The notes beneath the pieces were generated by a model, which was not told the origin of the DNA, did no database searches, and was given only the letters and a program-made list of their open reading frames with translations. From Rhina ancylostomus (lineage: Eukaryota): DNA of 64,000 nt. Position 1 is the first letter of the stretch. Each line of letters starts with the position of its first letter. Both the position numbers and the translations under genes were made by a program. Positions 53,475 through 64,000 of the stretch are shown piece after piece. The stretch is taken from NCBI GenBank assembly GCA_030265395.1, contig JARFYF010000053.1, positions 24,389,951 to 24,453,950 on the forward strand. Reading direction: 5' to 3'.

Positions 53475-54908
53475 CTTTAAAATAAAAGGTTAGTGCATCA
53501 ATTATACTCCTGCCACAATGTTACCCCATTCACTTCTCATTTCCAAGAGCACGATAGTATCAAATGTGTTAGATTAATACCAAACAGCATATTTGAATCT
53601 GAAGTTGGTAACCCTGGTCTTTTTGGATAAGTTGCAAACCTCAATGCACAGTGGGAAATGTTAACTCAAGGTCAATGCATGCTGTGCTGGTTTGAAGGAT
53701 TGATAATATCTGTGTTGTTCATTGGTAATGTTTGTGTACAATATAGGTTTACAAGGGAAGAAGGTCAAAGTAAATGTCTGTCAAAACTAGACATGATAAA
53801 AGTAAGTTATGATTGAGGAAGTGTGAATTCTGATGGTCTAAGATCAGACACAAATCACCTGGAAGAATTTTCCATGCTGAGCCATCAGGAGCATAGGAGT
53901 GAGCAAAAGATGCTCATAAGCTAATCACTTTCATCCAAGACAATCCATGACCCTCTATGGTGAAGCACTACCTTCCCAAGGAGAATAAAAGGGGTATCTA
54001 CAAGACATTAGTGCATCTAAAGGAAGATGGAGCATGAAGAGAACACAGTAGATGTCCACATGAAGGAAATTGGAAGCAGGAAGAGACACTGTACAGCCCC
54101 TGCCTTTTGAGTACTGATGTGGTACTTTTCTGTAATGCTCAGCAACACTCCAACTTAAAGAGCTGGAATTTCAGAATCTTATGTCAAAATTGGTCAAGAA
54201 TCCCCAGTAAGACTGGATGGGGGGTCCTCTATCTCAATTAAGGCATTCCATCAAAACTGGAAGAAATTTTTCCAGTTAAAGTTTGAAATGGAAAGTATCC
54301 ATATAGAAGGAGAAAAATAACCCCTGACACCAGAGGAATTTTTGAAAGAATATTGGTTTTGCTCCTTTGGTAAGCAGCATAGTTCTTTTTATGAATAATC
54401 TATTAGATTCCTCTACAAATTCGAAAAATAACAGCACACTGTCTGAAATTGGCAAATAGGGAATACTTTCAACAGGGCTTTGCAGGTTTCATGCAACTTA
54501 GTTAAATTATTCAGGTAGTTTGGCAGCTATTCTAAATTATATCTTGCTGTTAAATCAAAGAACAAATATTTAACACAAATTTCCCATAAGCTTAGCACTC
54601 AAATTGACTGCTTTCCTTATTGTGCTTTATTTCCTAACATATGGGATGGTACTTCTTTGGTCAATAAACCTAAAGTTCTAATTGCATTGTTTTGTTGATG
54701 TACATCAATATGAATCTTTTACAACTGATCCTTTTATCTTCTAATGTTTATTTCTGGCAGAATAGATATGTGTAATGTGGTAGATTTGCTCCAATCTCAT
54801 GTGGAGATTTGAGTCTGAGAAGCATGACTTTGCCAGAGCTGGTATCAGCAACAATCAAAACATAGCTGATCGTATCACTATAAAAGCAGCAGTGTTAGTC
54901 CCACTCAC

Positions 54909-55016
54909 TCTGAATGATGTAGCTCTTGGAGAAAAGCGACGGAAGGGACTGTTGTTTGAACTGGAATGATCAGGGATATTTTCCTTTTTCTCCTGCTGTA
55001 CTCCACATTTGTCATC
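54909..55016 (-). CDS. LAD1: LAD1 exon (108 nt): DDKCGVQQEKKENIPDHSSSNNSPFRRFSPRATSFR
   Basis: Acceptor catttcag, donor gtgagt, phase 0 to 0; ends with the RxSPRxxSFR motif. Confidence 0.9.
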
Positions 55017-55206
55017 CTGAAATGATATGCCAACAACTAATTAAAATTAGTATGTTCTCTCCCAATTATTCAGTAATCTACCTCTTACACCGGGCAACAT
55101 TCCAAGTAGAAATAACTTCATTCAATTTAGCTGGATCTGGACCTGTTACATGCCCAAGGTCAGCAGTCTTTCCAATAGACTCTTGACTTGAATGAGGGTG
55201 GGCATT

Positions 55207-55229
55207 AGAGAGAGAGAGAGAGAGAGAGA
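55207..55229 (+). repeat. (AG)n microsatellite
   Basis: Run of ag dinucleotides. Confidence 0.9.
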
Positions 55230-56039
55230 TGGAATGAGAGTAATCGAAATTTATGTATTGCCATGGAATGTAAAAGCTTGCTGAAGCTTCAAGGGATCAC
55301 CAGAGTTACAGCATACTCAGTCTTCAAACATTCAGTCTGATTCTTTGTCAGCAGAGTTCATATTTTAAAAGCTGCCAAGATAAGATTCCTTTTTGTTTCT
55401 GATGGGGGCAGTGCAGTGGGCATGTGTCTAAGTAGAAATATTGACGCAATAGATGATTTCTTCACATTGAGAAGATGAAAATCTAAGAATTTGCCTTTTT
55501 ATATTGTGCATTATCATATCTTTTTCTCTCTCAAAGCACTTTAAAAACAGTAAAACTCTAATCCAGCACCCACAGGATTTCGGTGCCAGACAGGCACATT
55601 TCCTAAACTAGTGGATTTTACTCATTGATATCCCAACATGCTTTTAATTCAAAATGTTATACAGTAGTGTAAAGTTTTCTGTTAACCAGGTGAGTTTAAA
55701 TGGAACATGGGGAAATAGGGCCTCAGTGGGTTTAAACAGGAGTGTGAGAATAGGGCCAGATGAACCAGATGCCAAACTATCAAGGTTTCTGGACAATCTG
55801 ATAGTGGATTGTTGGAGTTTCACTGTAGAATGTTTTTTGAAATGCATTCATTGTTGTTATGTAAGTCAGAGTTACAATAATTAACAGGAACAATAAAGCT
55901 AATAGCAAATAAAGGTCTAGAACTTCATCTGCACTGTTTCTCAATATTAAAATTGCAATGGTGATCTCTCAAATGTTTTTAGAAGTTCTTTGAAGAAAAA
56001 TGAAAGTTGGTAGCATCCATTCTAAAACTGTGCTAACAA

Positions 56040-56800
56040 GCTACTTTGTGTACCACTCTGCTTCAGGAGCAGTGAGTGTTCAGGGTGGAGTTTGCACATT
56101 CCAAGCACCCACAACTCTGTAAAACAAAACTTTGCCCCACACATATTCTCTGAACTTCGCCCTTTTATTTTAAAGACATGAAACTCTAATGTTAGATGTT
56201 TTGACCCTGGGGGATAAAGATCCCAGCTGGCTATCTACGTCTCTCATATTTTTATAAACTTCTCAGGTTCCTGCCCTCAACCTCTGCTGATACAGAGAAA
56301 ACAACCCCAGTTTGTTCAAACTCTCCCTGTAGCACATGCCCTCTAATCNNNNNNNNNNNNNNNNNNNNNNNNNNNNNNNNNNNNNNNNNNNNNNNNNNNN
56401 NNNNNNNNNNNNNNNNNNNNNNNNNNNNNNNNNNNNNNNNNNNNNNNNNNNNNNNNNNNNNNNNNNNNNNNNNNNNNNNNNNNNNNNNNNNNNNNNNNNN
56501 NNNNNNNNNNNNNNNNNNNNNNNNNNNNNNNNNNNNNNNNNNNNNNNNNNNNNNNNNNNNNNNNNNNNNNNNNNNNNNNNNNNNNNNNNNNNNNNNNNNN
56601 NNNNNNNNNNNNNNNNNNNNNNNNNNNNNNNNNNNNNNNNNNNNNNNNNNNNNNNNNNNNNNNNNNNNNNNNNNNNNNNNATCCTCTGGACTCTCTCCAA
56701 AGCCTCCACATCCTTCCTATAATGGGGTGACCAGAATTGAACGTAGTACTCCAGATGTGGCCCAACCAGAGTTTCATAAAGCTGCAAAGGAGCACAGTTA
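56040..56800 (-). mobile_element. CR1-like LINE 3' part (interrupted by a gap)
   Basis: [35 protein letters not shown]...LNKLGLFSL. Confidence 0.85.
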
Positions 56801-57084
56801 CCCAGACGGGTTTCTGAGGAACCATGTGCATATAAGGCTGCTTCCTTGTACAAAGGGAGCCCACAGCAGGATGTGACCAGGAAGGTGTGTGCTAAGGGCA
56901 GGAGTTACCTTTTATGAGTGCCTGCACTCTTTGAAGTTTCACAAAGACTCTTTTAAATGATGCATTCATCAATAATAGAAGGTTCCCTAAATAACTGATA
57001 GACTCCTAGACAACTTACTACTTAGGCAAATCTTTGGGATCAAAGATGACCTGCTTTCACTCTGATAAACCCACAGTTTATCCT

Positions 57085-57285
57085 TCCCCACATTCTCAAC
57101 TCCCACCAGATTCTACCACTCACCTGCACATTAAAGGAAATTTACAATGGCCCATTACCTACCAACCCTGAGGCTTTGGGATGTGAGGAAACTCACACAA
57201 TCACAGACAACACCAGAGGTCAGGATTGAACCTAGGTCTCTGGTACGGTGAAGTGTAGCTCTACCAGCTGCACCACTGTGCAGAG
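57085..57285 (-). mobile_element. Decayed SINE; similar copies at ~18610-18810, 38660-38815, 44900-45180
   Basis: Shared accactcacctgcac...ggattgaacc...ctaccagctgcaccactgtg pattern. Confidence 0.55.
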
Positions 57286-57318
57286 TGCAACATTTTGAGT
57301 TCTGCGTTATTGTCATAC

Positions 57319-57544
57319 CTGTACCCTTGCATTGTTCTTGCTTTCACGCTTAAAGGCATCTTCCTGCAATTTCTCACATCCTCCTCTTTCTTTTCCTTTG
57401 ACCTCTGTTGCTTTTGATTGAGATTTGTGACAATCATGTTCAATCTTCATGCTGCTATTCTCTTCCTGAGAGTACTCATTATTCTCCAGACTTGGCTGCC
57501 TTTTCAGCTTAGTTGGGCTTTTCACTTCTTTGGGTTTTCCTAAA
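57319..57544 (-). CDS. LAD1: LAD1 exon (226 nt): (S)LGKPKEVKSPTKLKRQPSLENNEYSQEENSSMKIEHDCHKSQSKATEVKGKERGGCEKLQEDAFKRESKNNARVQ
   Basis: Pyrimidine tract plus catag acceptor, donor gtatga, phase 2 to 0; open, charged, disordered-type composition. Confidence 0.8.
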
Positions 57545-57974
57545 CTATGTGGGCAAGTGGAGAAAAAAGTTTAGGTACGAACCCAGAATAGCATATTGTA
57601 ACACTGCACAGCACTGGCTATTGCTATGTTCTTCCCAAACAATGAAATCCCAGGAAAATCCACACCAGCACTTTGTGCATCACTGATAGGGATGAGCTTC
57701 AGCAGTTCCCACAGTGACCACAAGATGGAGTGCGACACAGAGTGAATGGGGACAGGAAGCCAATTAAGACATTTGCTCCTGGTTTTTCCAATATATAAAT
57801 CATGGGGGAAAACAGTAGAATCTGTGCTTATTTTGAAATATTTGATCTACTGATAAGACCACGGATTAATAGTTTCCGCAGAACAGTCATGATTCATCCA
57901 CGCATAGGTGTCGATTCACTACCATATTTTCCACATATCATCGCCATGCTAGACTGTGTTTGTGACTTATACAG

Positions 57975-58830
57975 AAATAGAAAATGCTTGAAACACACTC
58001 AGCAGACCAGGTCGCATTTGTGAAAGGAGAAACCGTTAACGTTTCTGGTCCGGGACCCTTCATCAGAGCGGGGAAAGACAGAAACAAGTCAGAAGGTGGA
58101 GAGGGAACCAATGGAACAAATAGAACATTTCTGATGAAGTGGTGAAATGCCCCTTTAACTAATGTAGCAGTTAAGGGGAAGGTAAAATCATAATAGGCTT
58201 CGTTGTCTGCGTAATGCTTTTGCTAATGGTAAGGCTGTGAGACATACCGAGAGGCCAGACTAAAAAAAAGAAAAATATTAAGCCAAAATGATGGCAAGCA
58301 AGAATGGCCAGTTCTAACAAAAATGGAAAGAAAAAGTGAGTTACTGCATCCTGCAGGCTGCAATGTGCCTGGACAGAAGATGAGGTGTTGCTTCTCAAGC
58401 TTGCATTGTGCATCATTGTAATGGTGAAGGAAGCCACAGACCAATAGGCCAGGGTGGGAGTGGGATGGTGAATTAAACAACCAGAAGCCCAGGGACGTTC
58501 CTGTGCACTGAATGCAGATGCTCCGCAAAGTGATCACCCAATCTGCTTTTGGTTTCTTCAGTGTAAACGAGACCACATTGTGAGCACTGTATGCAGTACG
58601 CTAGATTGGAAGAAGTGCAAGTAAATCGTTGCTTCAGCTGGAAGTGTTGGCCATGAAGGAATTAAAAATCTGCAAAACTGGAATGAGTCAAGGACAGTAG
58701 ATGTAAACAAAACAAATTTTGCTGCCATGTTTGGGTCCCTGAATCAGGGGAAAGGAAGAAGTGAAAAGACAAGTGTTGCATTTCATGCGATTGCATGGGA
58801 AAGTGCCATAAGATGGAAAAAGTGGTTGGC
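57975..58830 (-). mobile_element. Penelope-like element remnant
   Basis: Minus-strand remnant KLEKQHLIFCPGTLQP and a FAEHLHSV-like segment, recalled as typical of Penelope GIY-YIG ends; MER6-like aaaatgct...actcagc end. Confidence 0.55.
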
Positions 58831-61752
58831 GGGTTTTCATATAAAGAAATAAGATCAAAAGGTTTGGACACCAAAAATGAGTGACATCCAGTTTTGTGCT
58901 GGATGATCTACCGACAAGACCACATGTTAATGATTTCCACAGAACAGCAATGAAGAATGTGATGCCATAACGCTGTTAAAATGGCATATAATAAAAACAG
59001 ACCAAATAAACCAAAACTTTACTTGATACAAAATTACAGTACCATTTATAGACAGCTGGCAGAGGCAAAAATTTAATGAGATAAAGTATTAAACCATAAT
59101 CCTTTACATCCTGATAAAATGGTGATAAACTCAAGAACATGACATTAAGCTATTTTATGCCAATGGCCCTGTCCATAGAGGCTACTGTCCATTGGCAAAG
59201 ACTTGACCCATAACATGGGACACAGTTCTGCCAGCCAAGACTAGACTGCTTAAAGCAATTTTGCAGGTGACCACCATCAGGTGGAAAACGCCAGCCAATA
59301 GTTCAACATTGTGCATTGGTCCAACAATGCTGACTCCTGTGTAATCCTAATCTATTGATCATTATTGCACAATCATGTTCGGAATTGACATTGTGAGCCA
59401 AAGAGCCTGTTCCTCTGCTTTACTAATGTATGTGCTATGTGTTTAGAAGGATGTGAAGATTATTTGATAATGACTACCTTGGGCCTTGGGTAATACACAG
59501 GCTATTCACACATATATGCCCCACCCCACCCCACCCCAGCCCACCACACTCCCAAACCTGTCGACGGCCACTGGATGCAGTGATTGGGGATTTTCTGCCA
59601 CTCATTTTAGGTGTGCTCAGGTGTCAGAGCACCTCCTTCCTCCATTGGGATGGATGGGGTGGTAGAGGAGAAATAAATCTGGGCTGATGTGGCACAGGTA
59701 TTACTGATGCACTGGTAGGGAGGGAGAGAGGAGGGAGGGATCAGGGACACCCATAGGTTAGAGTGTGGGAGGAGGAGAAATAAACTGTAGGGCGAGGGAA
59801 GGAGGAATCGGCAGTGGTGGGAAGGGTTCAGGAACACTCTGGTAGTGGTTTGCAGTGGGGTTTTGGAAGGGAGGGATTGGGCATACTCTGGCACTGGTGT
59901 GGTGGTGGAAGTGGGGTGTTAGGTGAGTGAAATTGGGAAGGGAGGGGCTGTGGATGGCCTGACTTGGTGTTTACTGTAGCAGATGGGATTGAAAATAATT
60001 CAGGGATGGTGAGGCATTGATTGTGTTGGAGAATGAGGGTGTTAGGGAATAGCAGCCATAATCAGGGGAAGGTGTAGAAGCCATAAATACAAACAAGAGG
60101 TAGCCTTCAAACTGCTTTCAAATGTAAGCTACAAGCAGCAATCGTTTTTGAAATCATGAGTACAACTGCATGAATAAACTCTCTGTGAAGGGAGTAGGCC
60201 ATTGGCTCAGAGTGGGCAGATAGAGGAAGGGAGTGCTTTAGACACTGACAAGACCATGAGACTTTCTCATATTCATTGGCCAAACGTACAGTCAAGAGGG
60301 CTATGTTAGATGGACTATGTCAAAATCCCAGACTGAGATCAAGGAGATCAAGACTGGCTACTTTGTCACTTAGCACATCAAACATGGCCATAGTAATAAT
60401 CAATTGTCATTTGGGGTGTTTATGTATCCAAATAGCCACCCCTCAAAATACTGTGGTAAAAAGAGCATATTTTGGGTCTCTGGAGATTTTGTACTTTTAA
60501 ACTATCCATGTGAACTATCTTGTCCCAACAAAGGTGTTTGAATATTCAGAGTATGTCTTGTCAATTAAGATAGGCTCCCATTGTAAATATGCAATTCTAT
60601 GAAACCATTTTTCCATGCCCAAATATTGAAGTGAACTATGAAATTGTAACTATTGAACTTATAGTTAATCATCTGCTGCTATCTTTGTACTTAAAGGGTT
60701 TAGGAAGATTCATTCACCAGGTGTCTCCTAAATGTCTGCTTGTGCTGAATAAAGACCAACTAAATCTACAGCTGTAGTCTCCGTGTGGCGCATTCAAAGT
60801 CACAGAGGGATCAGGGTAGCAGGGAATAGCTCAAAAGCATGGGGTTGTCACTGTAATACAGTGGGTGGAGGTGAAGGGCAGGAATCACACCATCAATGTT
60901 GTGCAGAGAGGGAGAGCAGTCAGAAGCAGGGAATTGAAGGAGGAACAGGGAATCAGTGGCAAGGAGATTGGCTTATGGGGGTGTTGTTGGGTGAGACACA
61001 GGTTCGGGGTATTGTGGGGAGGACTTGCCTGAAGGAAGTTGGGGTGTTGCAGTGTGGTTTGTAATTTTACTGTGATATGTTGGGTTCTCCTTTGAGGATT
61101 TAGATATGCACTTTAGTTGGGAGACCAGTATATGCTTACAGGTCTCCAACCCACGCTAAGGAGTCAGGTCATGTGATCCTGGGAGTGCCCATTAGTGAAC
61201 GCCTCAGAAAAGCATGATCCAAGTTCCATTTGAAAGAAGCAATGCATGAAGAATGACATCATCCAGTGTACCCCTAAGGAGGAAATTGTATTATACATCA
61301 CAAGGTGACAAACAACAGGAAGTGGCCAGACAAAAAACCCAGAAATATCTGTCTTTTTGCTTCGATCTTGGGGGGGGGGTGGAGGAATCAATCTTCAATT
61401 GCCTAACATCTTTTTTTAAAAATTAGCATCAAACCATTAAATTTCCAGGCAACACTGCTGAAACTGATATTCATGCCTTGTGATATTGATTTAAGTTTTT
61501 GACATGTATACAAACTGTTGAGTGGAGGTTTGTAGGCATGAATCACTTCTTAATGTACTGAATTACATTAAAATAAATCACTTTGAATATCATGATCTTT
61601 AAAGAAATGGATGAAAATTTTCTCATTGAAACCAAAGGATTTTATTCTTCTTATTAGTTGCAGATGATAGGAAGATTGCAGTATAAAATTTGGAGGAAAT
61701 ATAAAGCACAGTGCATAATATAAAATAATCTACATTTAAAAGGCATTCTTAC

Positions 61753-61885
61753 CTGATAAAGGCCCGTGTAGTGTGTACAGGACTGAGAGGCGATTGATGG
61801 CCAGTATTGCCTGATTTGGAATGATTCTGCGTGCCGGCTGCTCTGTTGTTGGTCTCCTTTTCCTGCTCAGAAGTAAAAAAGGCTT
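61753..61885 (-). CDS. LAD1: LAD1 exon (133 nt): AFFTSEQEKETNNRAAGTQNHSKSGNTGHQSPLSPVHTTRAFI(S)
   Basis: Acceptor tttctttacatag, donor gtaaga, phase 1 to 2, compatible with the next exon. Confidence 0.78.
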
Positions 61886-64000
61886 CTATGTAAAGAAATT
61901 TTATTAGCTGGTTAAAGCTTACGTTGCATTTTTGTCATCTGATACAAAGTATTGCTACAGGAATCCATTGTGCCTCAATGCCCATTACGTCAAGTTTATA
62001 GATCAACAGTTATTAGCAAAAATTTCAAAGATATTCCTCTAGATATCTGACAAACTCACAAGGATTCTATCTTGAGCTTTACAACACTAGAGATGCAGAC
62101 TAGTGACAGGCATAAAGAACTCCTAATTCCTTGTCCATAAATAATTCAGCATTAGTGTGAACACTTGGAACAGAATATGCATTTAGCTATCAGTAAGATG
62201 AAAACAGCAACAAAAACACTGATCACTTTGACAGTGTTCTATGTACATAAAGTGTGATATCGAGTTGGCTTGTATTATTAAAGAGATATTTCCATTAGCA
62301 TGCTAAAATGTTTGCTATTCATAGATAAATAAATTCCAACTGCTCATCCTTAATCGCCCTGAAGGAGATGGTGAGCCACCTTCTTGAACCGCTATGGTCC
62401 TTCTGATGAAGATACTCCCACAGTGTTGTTAGGAAGAGAGTTTCTGGATTTAAACTCAGTGATGATGAAGGAACTGTGATTTAATTTCAAGTCAGGAGAA
62501 CGTGTGACTTGGAGGGGAACTTGTAGATGTTGCACCAACACATTCCACGCACCTACTGCACTTTTATTTCTTGGTGGGAGAAAAAAAAGAGTTTGGGAGA
62601 TGCTGTCAAAGTAGCCCAGGTGAGTACTAGTCTATGGGACACCAATACCAATTTGGACACCTGCTTGTGTGGAGGACACTGAGAGATTGACTTGGCTGGG
62701 AGTGACCTAGTCATGTCCAAATTTGGTGCTGAGACCATTGCCAGGTGGTTCATCCCATTCTTCTCCCTGAACAGAGTAATTATGATACAACTGAACATAA
62801 GAAACAGAGCAGAATGCTCATGAGCCCTGCAAAGCTGCTCCCAACCAGTTGTTGACTGCTAACCCAAAAATGACCCGTTTATCCCAGCTCTCTGCTTCCT
62901 GTCACCTATCCATGCCAACTTGTATCCCCCAGCCATCAGCACTCTTATTTTAACTAAATGCCTTGTGAGGGCATTTCAAAGGGCACTTAAAAATCAACCA
63001 CATGTTGTGGGTTTGGAGTCACGTACAGGCCAGACTGGTTGAAGATGGTGGCTTTACTCCTCAAAGGGAATTTTCCTAATGTGTTCTTTCCTTTGGAGAA
63101 ACAAAAGGATTGCAGATGCTGGAATCTAGGTGAAAAAACAATAATGCTGGAGGAATTCAGCAAGCCAGGCAGCATCCATGGAGAAAAGCAGGCGGTCAAC
63201 GTTCTGGGTCAGGGGAGTTGAAGTGTTCTTTGTTTTTTTGTACTTTTCCATAAGTTATTTTATTACAGTTCAAAGTACCACTGATTTACCCTTCTCAGCC
63301 CACTGCCCATAACTTGCCATCAATGGTTCCTTGCTCATCCACACTTCCTTTTCCAGATGTGAGGACTGAATAAGCCAACCCTCCACATTTGGCAGGCATT
63401 CCAGAAGAAAAGGAAGCGAGTGCCCTTAGAATGCCCTGGCAGCCTTTGACACCTCATTGGTTGTCAAGCACTTCTTAACTGCTTTACGATGCTACACGGG
63501 GTGAAAGATCTTCAGGAGTTATTCAAGTCAATTTAAATAATTTGAAAAATGTTTTGAAATAATCAAAACATATTCAAATCTTAACAAAACATTCAAAGCA
63601 CTAAAATAAAGAAAATGACTCAGATGCCTTTTTCCAGAAGGTTGATATCCCATTCAAACACTATCCCTCCCTGATGTGGAGAGCCAAATGCAAAGTGCCT
63701 CCAGATCCTCTTGTTCAACGAGTCACTGCTCCACCACCAGGATCAGTGGTGAATCCAGCAGTGGAGCCGACAGTCAGGTGCACCAGCTGTTGACTCCTCG
63801 CATGCCAAAGTCCAAGGTGTATTGAGGGGCAAAATGCTGATGGTTGGATCAGATCAGTCAGCAAAATTCACTCCTTTGATGTTCAATGAGTACTGAAGCA
63901 GTCTAAAATGGTGCAGGAATACGATTTGATGGATGAGTGATAAGCAGTTCCTTTGATTGGCAGTAGTTATATAACTCTACCGGCATGGGTTATTATTACA

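Larger units (their letters stand above)
43378..61885 (-). other. LAD1: Ladinin-1 (caldesmon/LSP1-related) gene, 3' portion; 5' exons beyond the right edge, stop-containing exon not resolved
   Basis: Phase-compatible exons give ...SPFRRFSPRATSFR|ATNPEVKSQPFQR|SASLRIP...KIDGILEKYAKAIE|KSDSIRSK...GVASKRCVFEK...TRK. This parallels mammalian LAD1 (RSSPRTISFR, RSASMKLP, KLERYHTAI, RSESVKS, GVASKRHLFEK; recalled). The gene sits directly upstream of TNNT2 on the same strand. Confidence 0.85.

Noticed and set aside
1-64000. A novel multi-gene or prokaryote-style system (CRISPR array, operon, defence locus)
   Set aside because: The sequence is eukaryotic with spliced genes. I saw no repeat-spacer array or long unexplained ORF, and known genes and repeats explain the signals.

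Overview
Vertebrate genomic DNA, AT-rich and repeat-rich, with nine N gaps. The repeat types suggest a cartilaginous fish (inference). Two spliced genes lie in tandem on the minus strand. (1) Cardiac troponin T (TNNT2): 15 coding exons were traced by hand from the ATG at 19032 to 644, all with GT-AG boundaries and matching phases. They include six acidic 11-27 nt N-terminal micro-exons and a 19-nt linker exon. A putative non-coding exon 1 and muscle promoter lie near 22.0-22.35 kb, and the last coding exon lies beyond the left edge. (2) The 3' half of ladinin-1 (LAD1): seven coding exons between 61885 and 43378. One of them is a strongly caldesmon-like exon (DIRPGDVASKRNLWE). The order LAD1 then TNNT2 is the known conserved vertebrate synteny. 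The rest is intron or intergenic DNA with decayed CR1, Rex1/Babar and Penelope-like retroelements, tRNA-derived SINEs and MER6-like inverted-repeat elements. Almost all ORFs in the supplied track are spurious. I found no convincing novel biological system. The most interesting points are evolutionary (the caldesmon-like LAD1 tail) and splicing-related (the TNNT2 micro-exon array).
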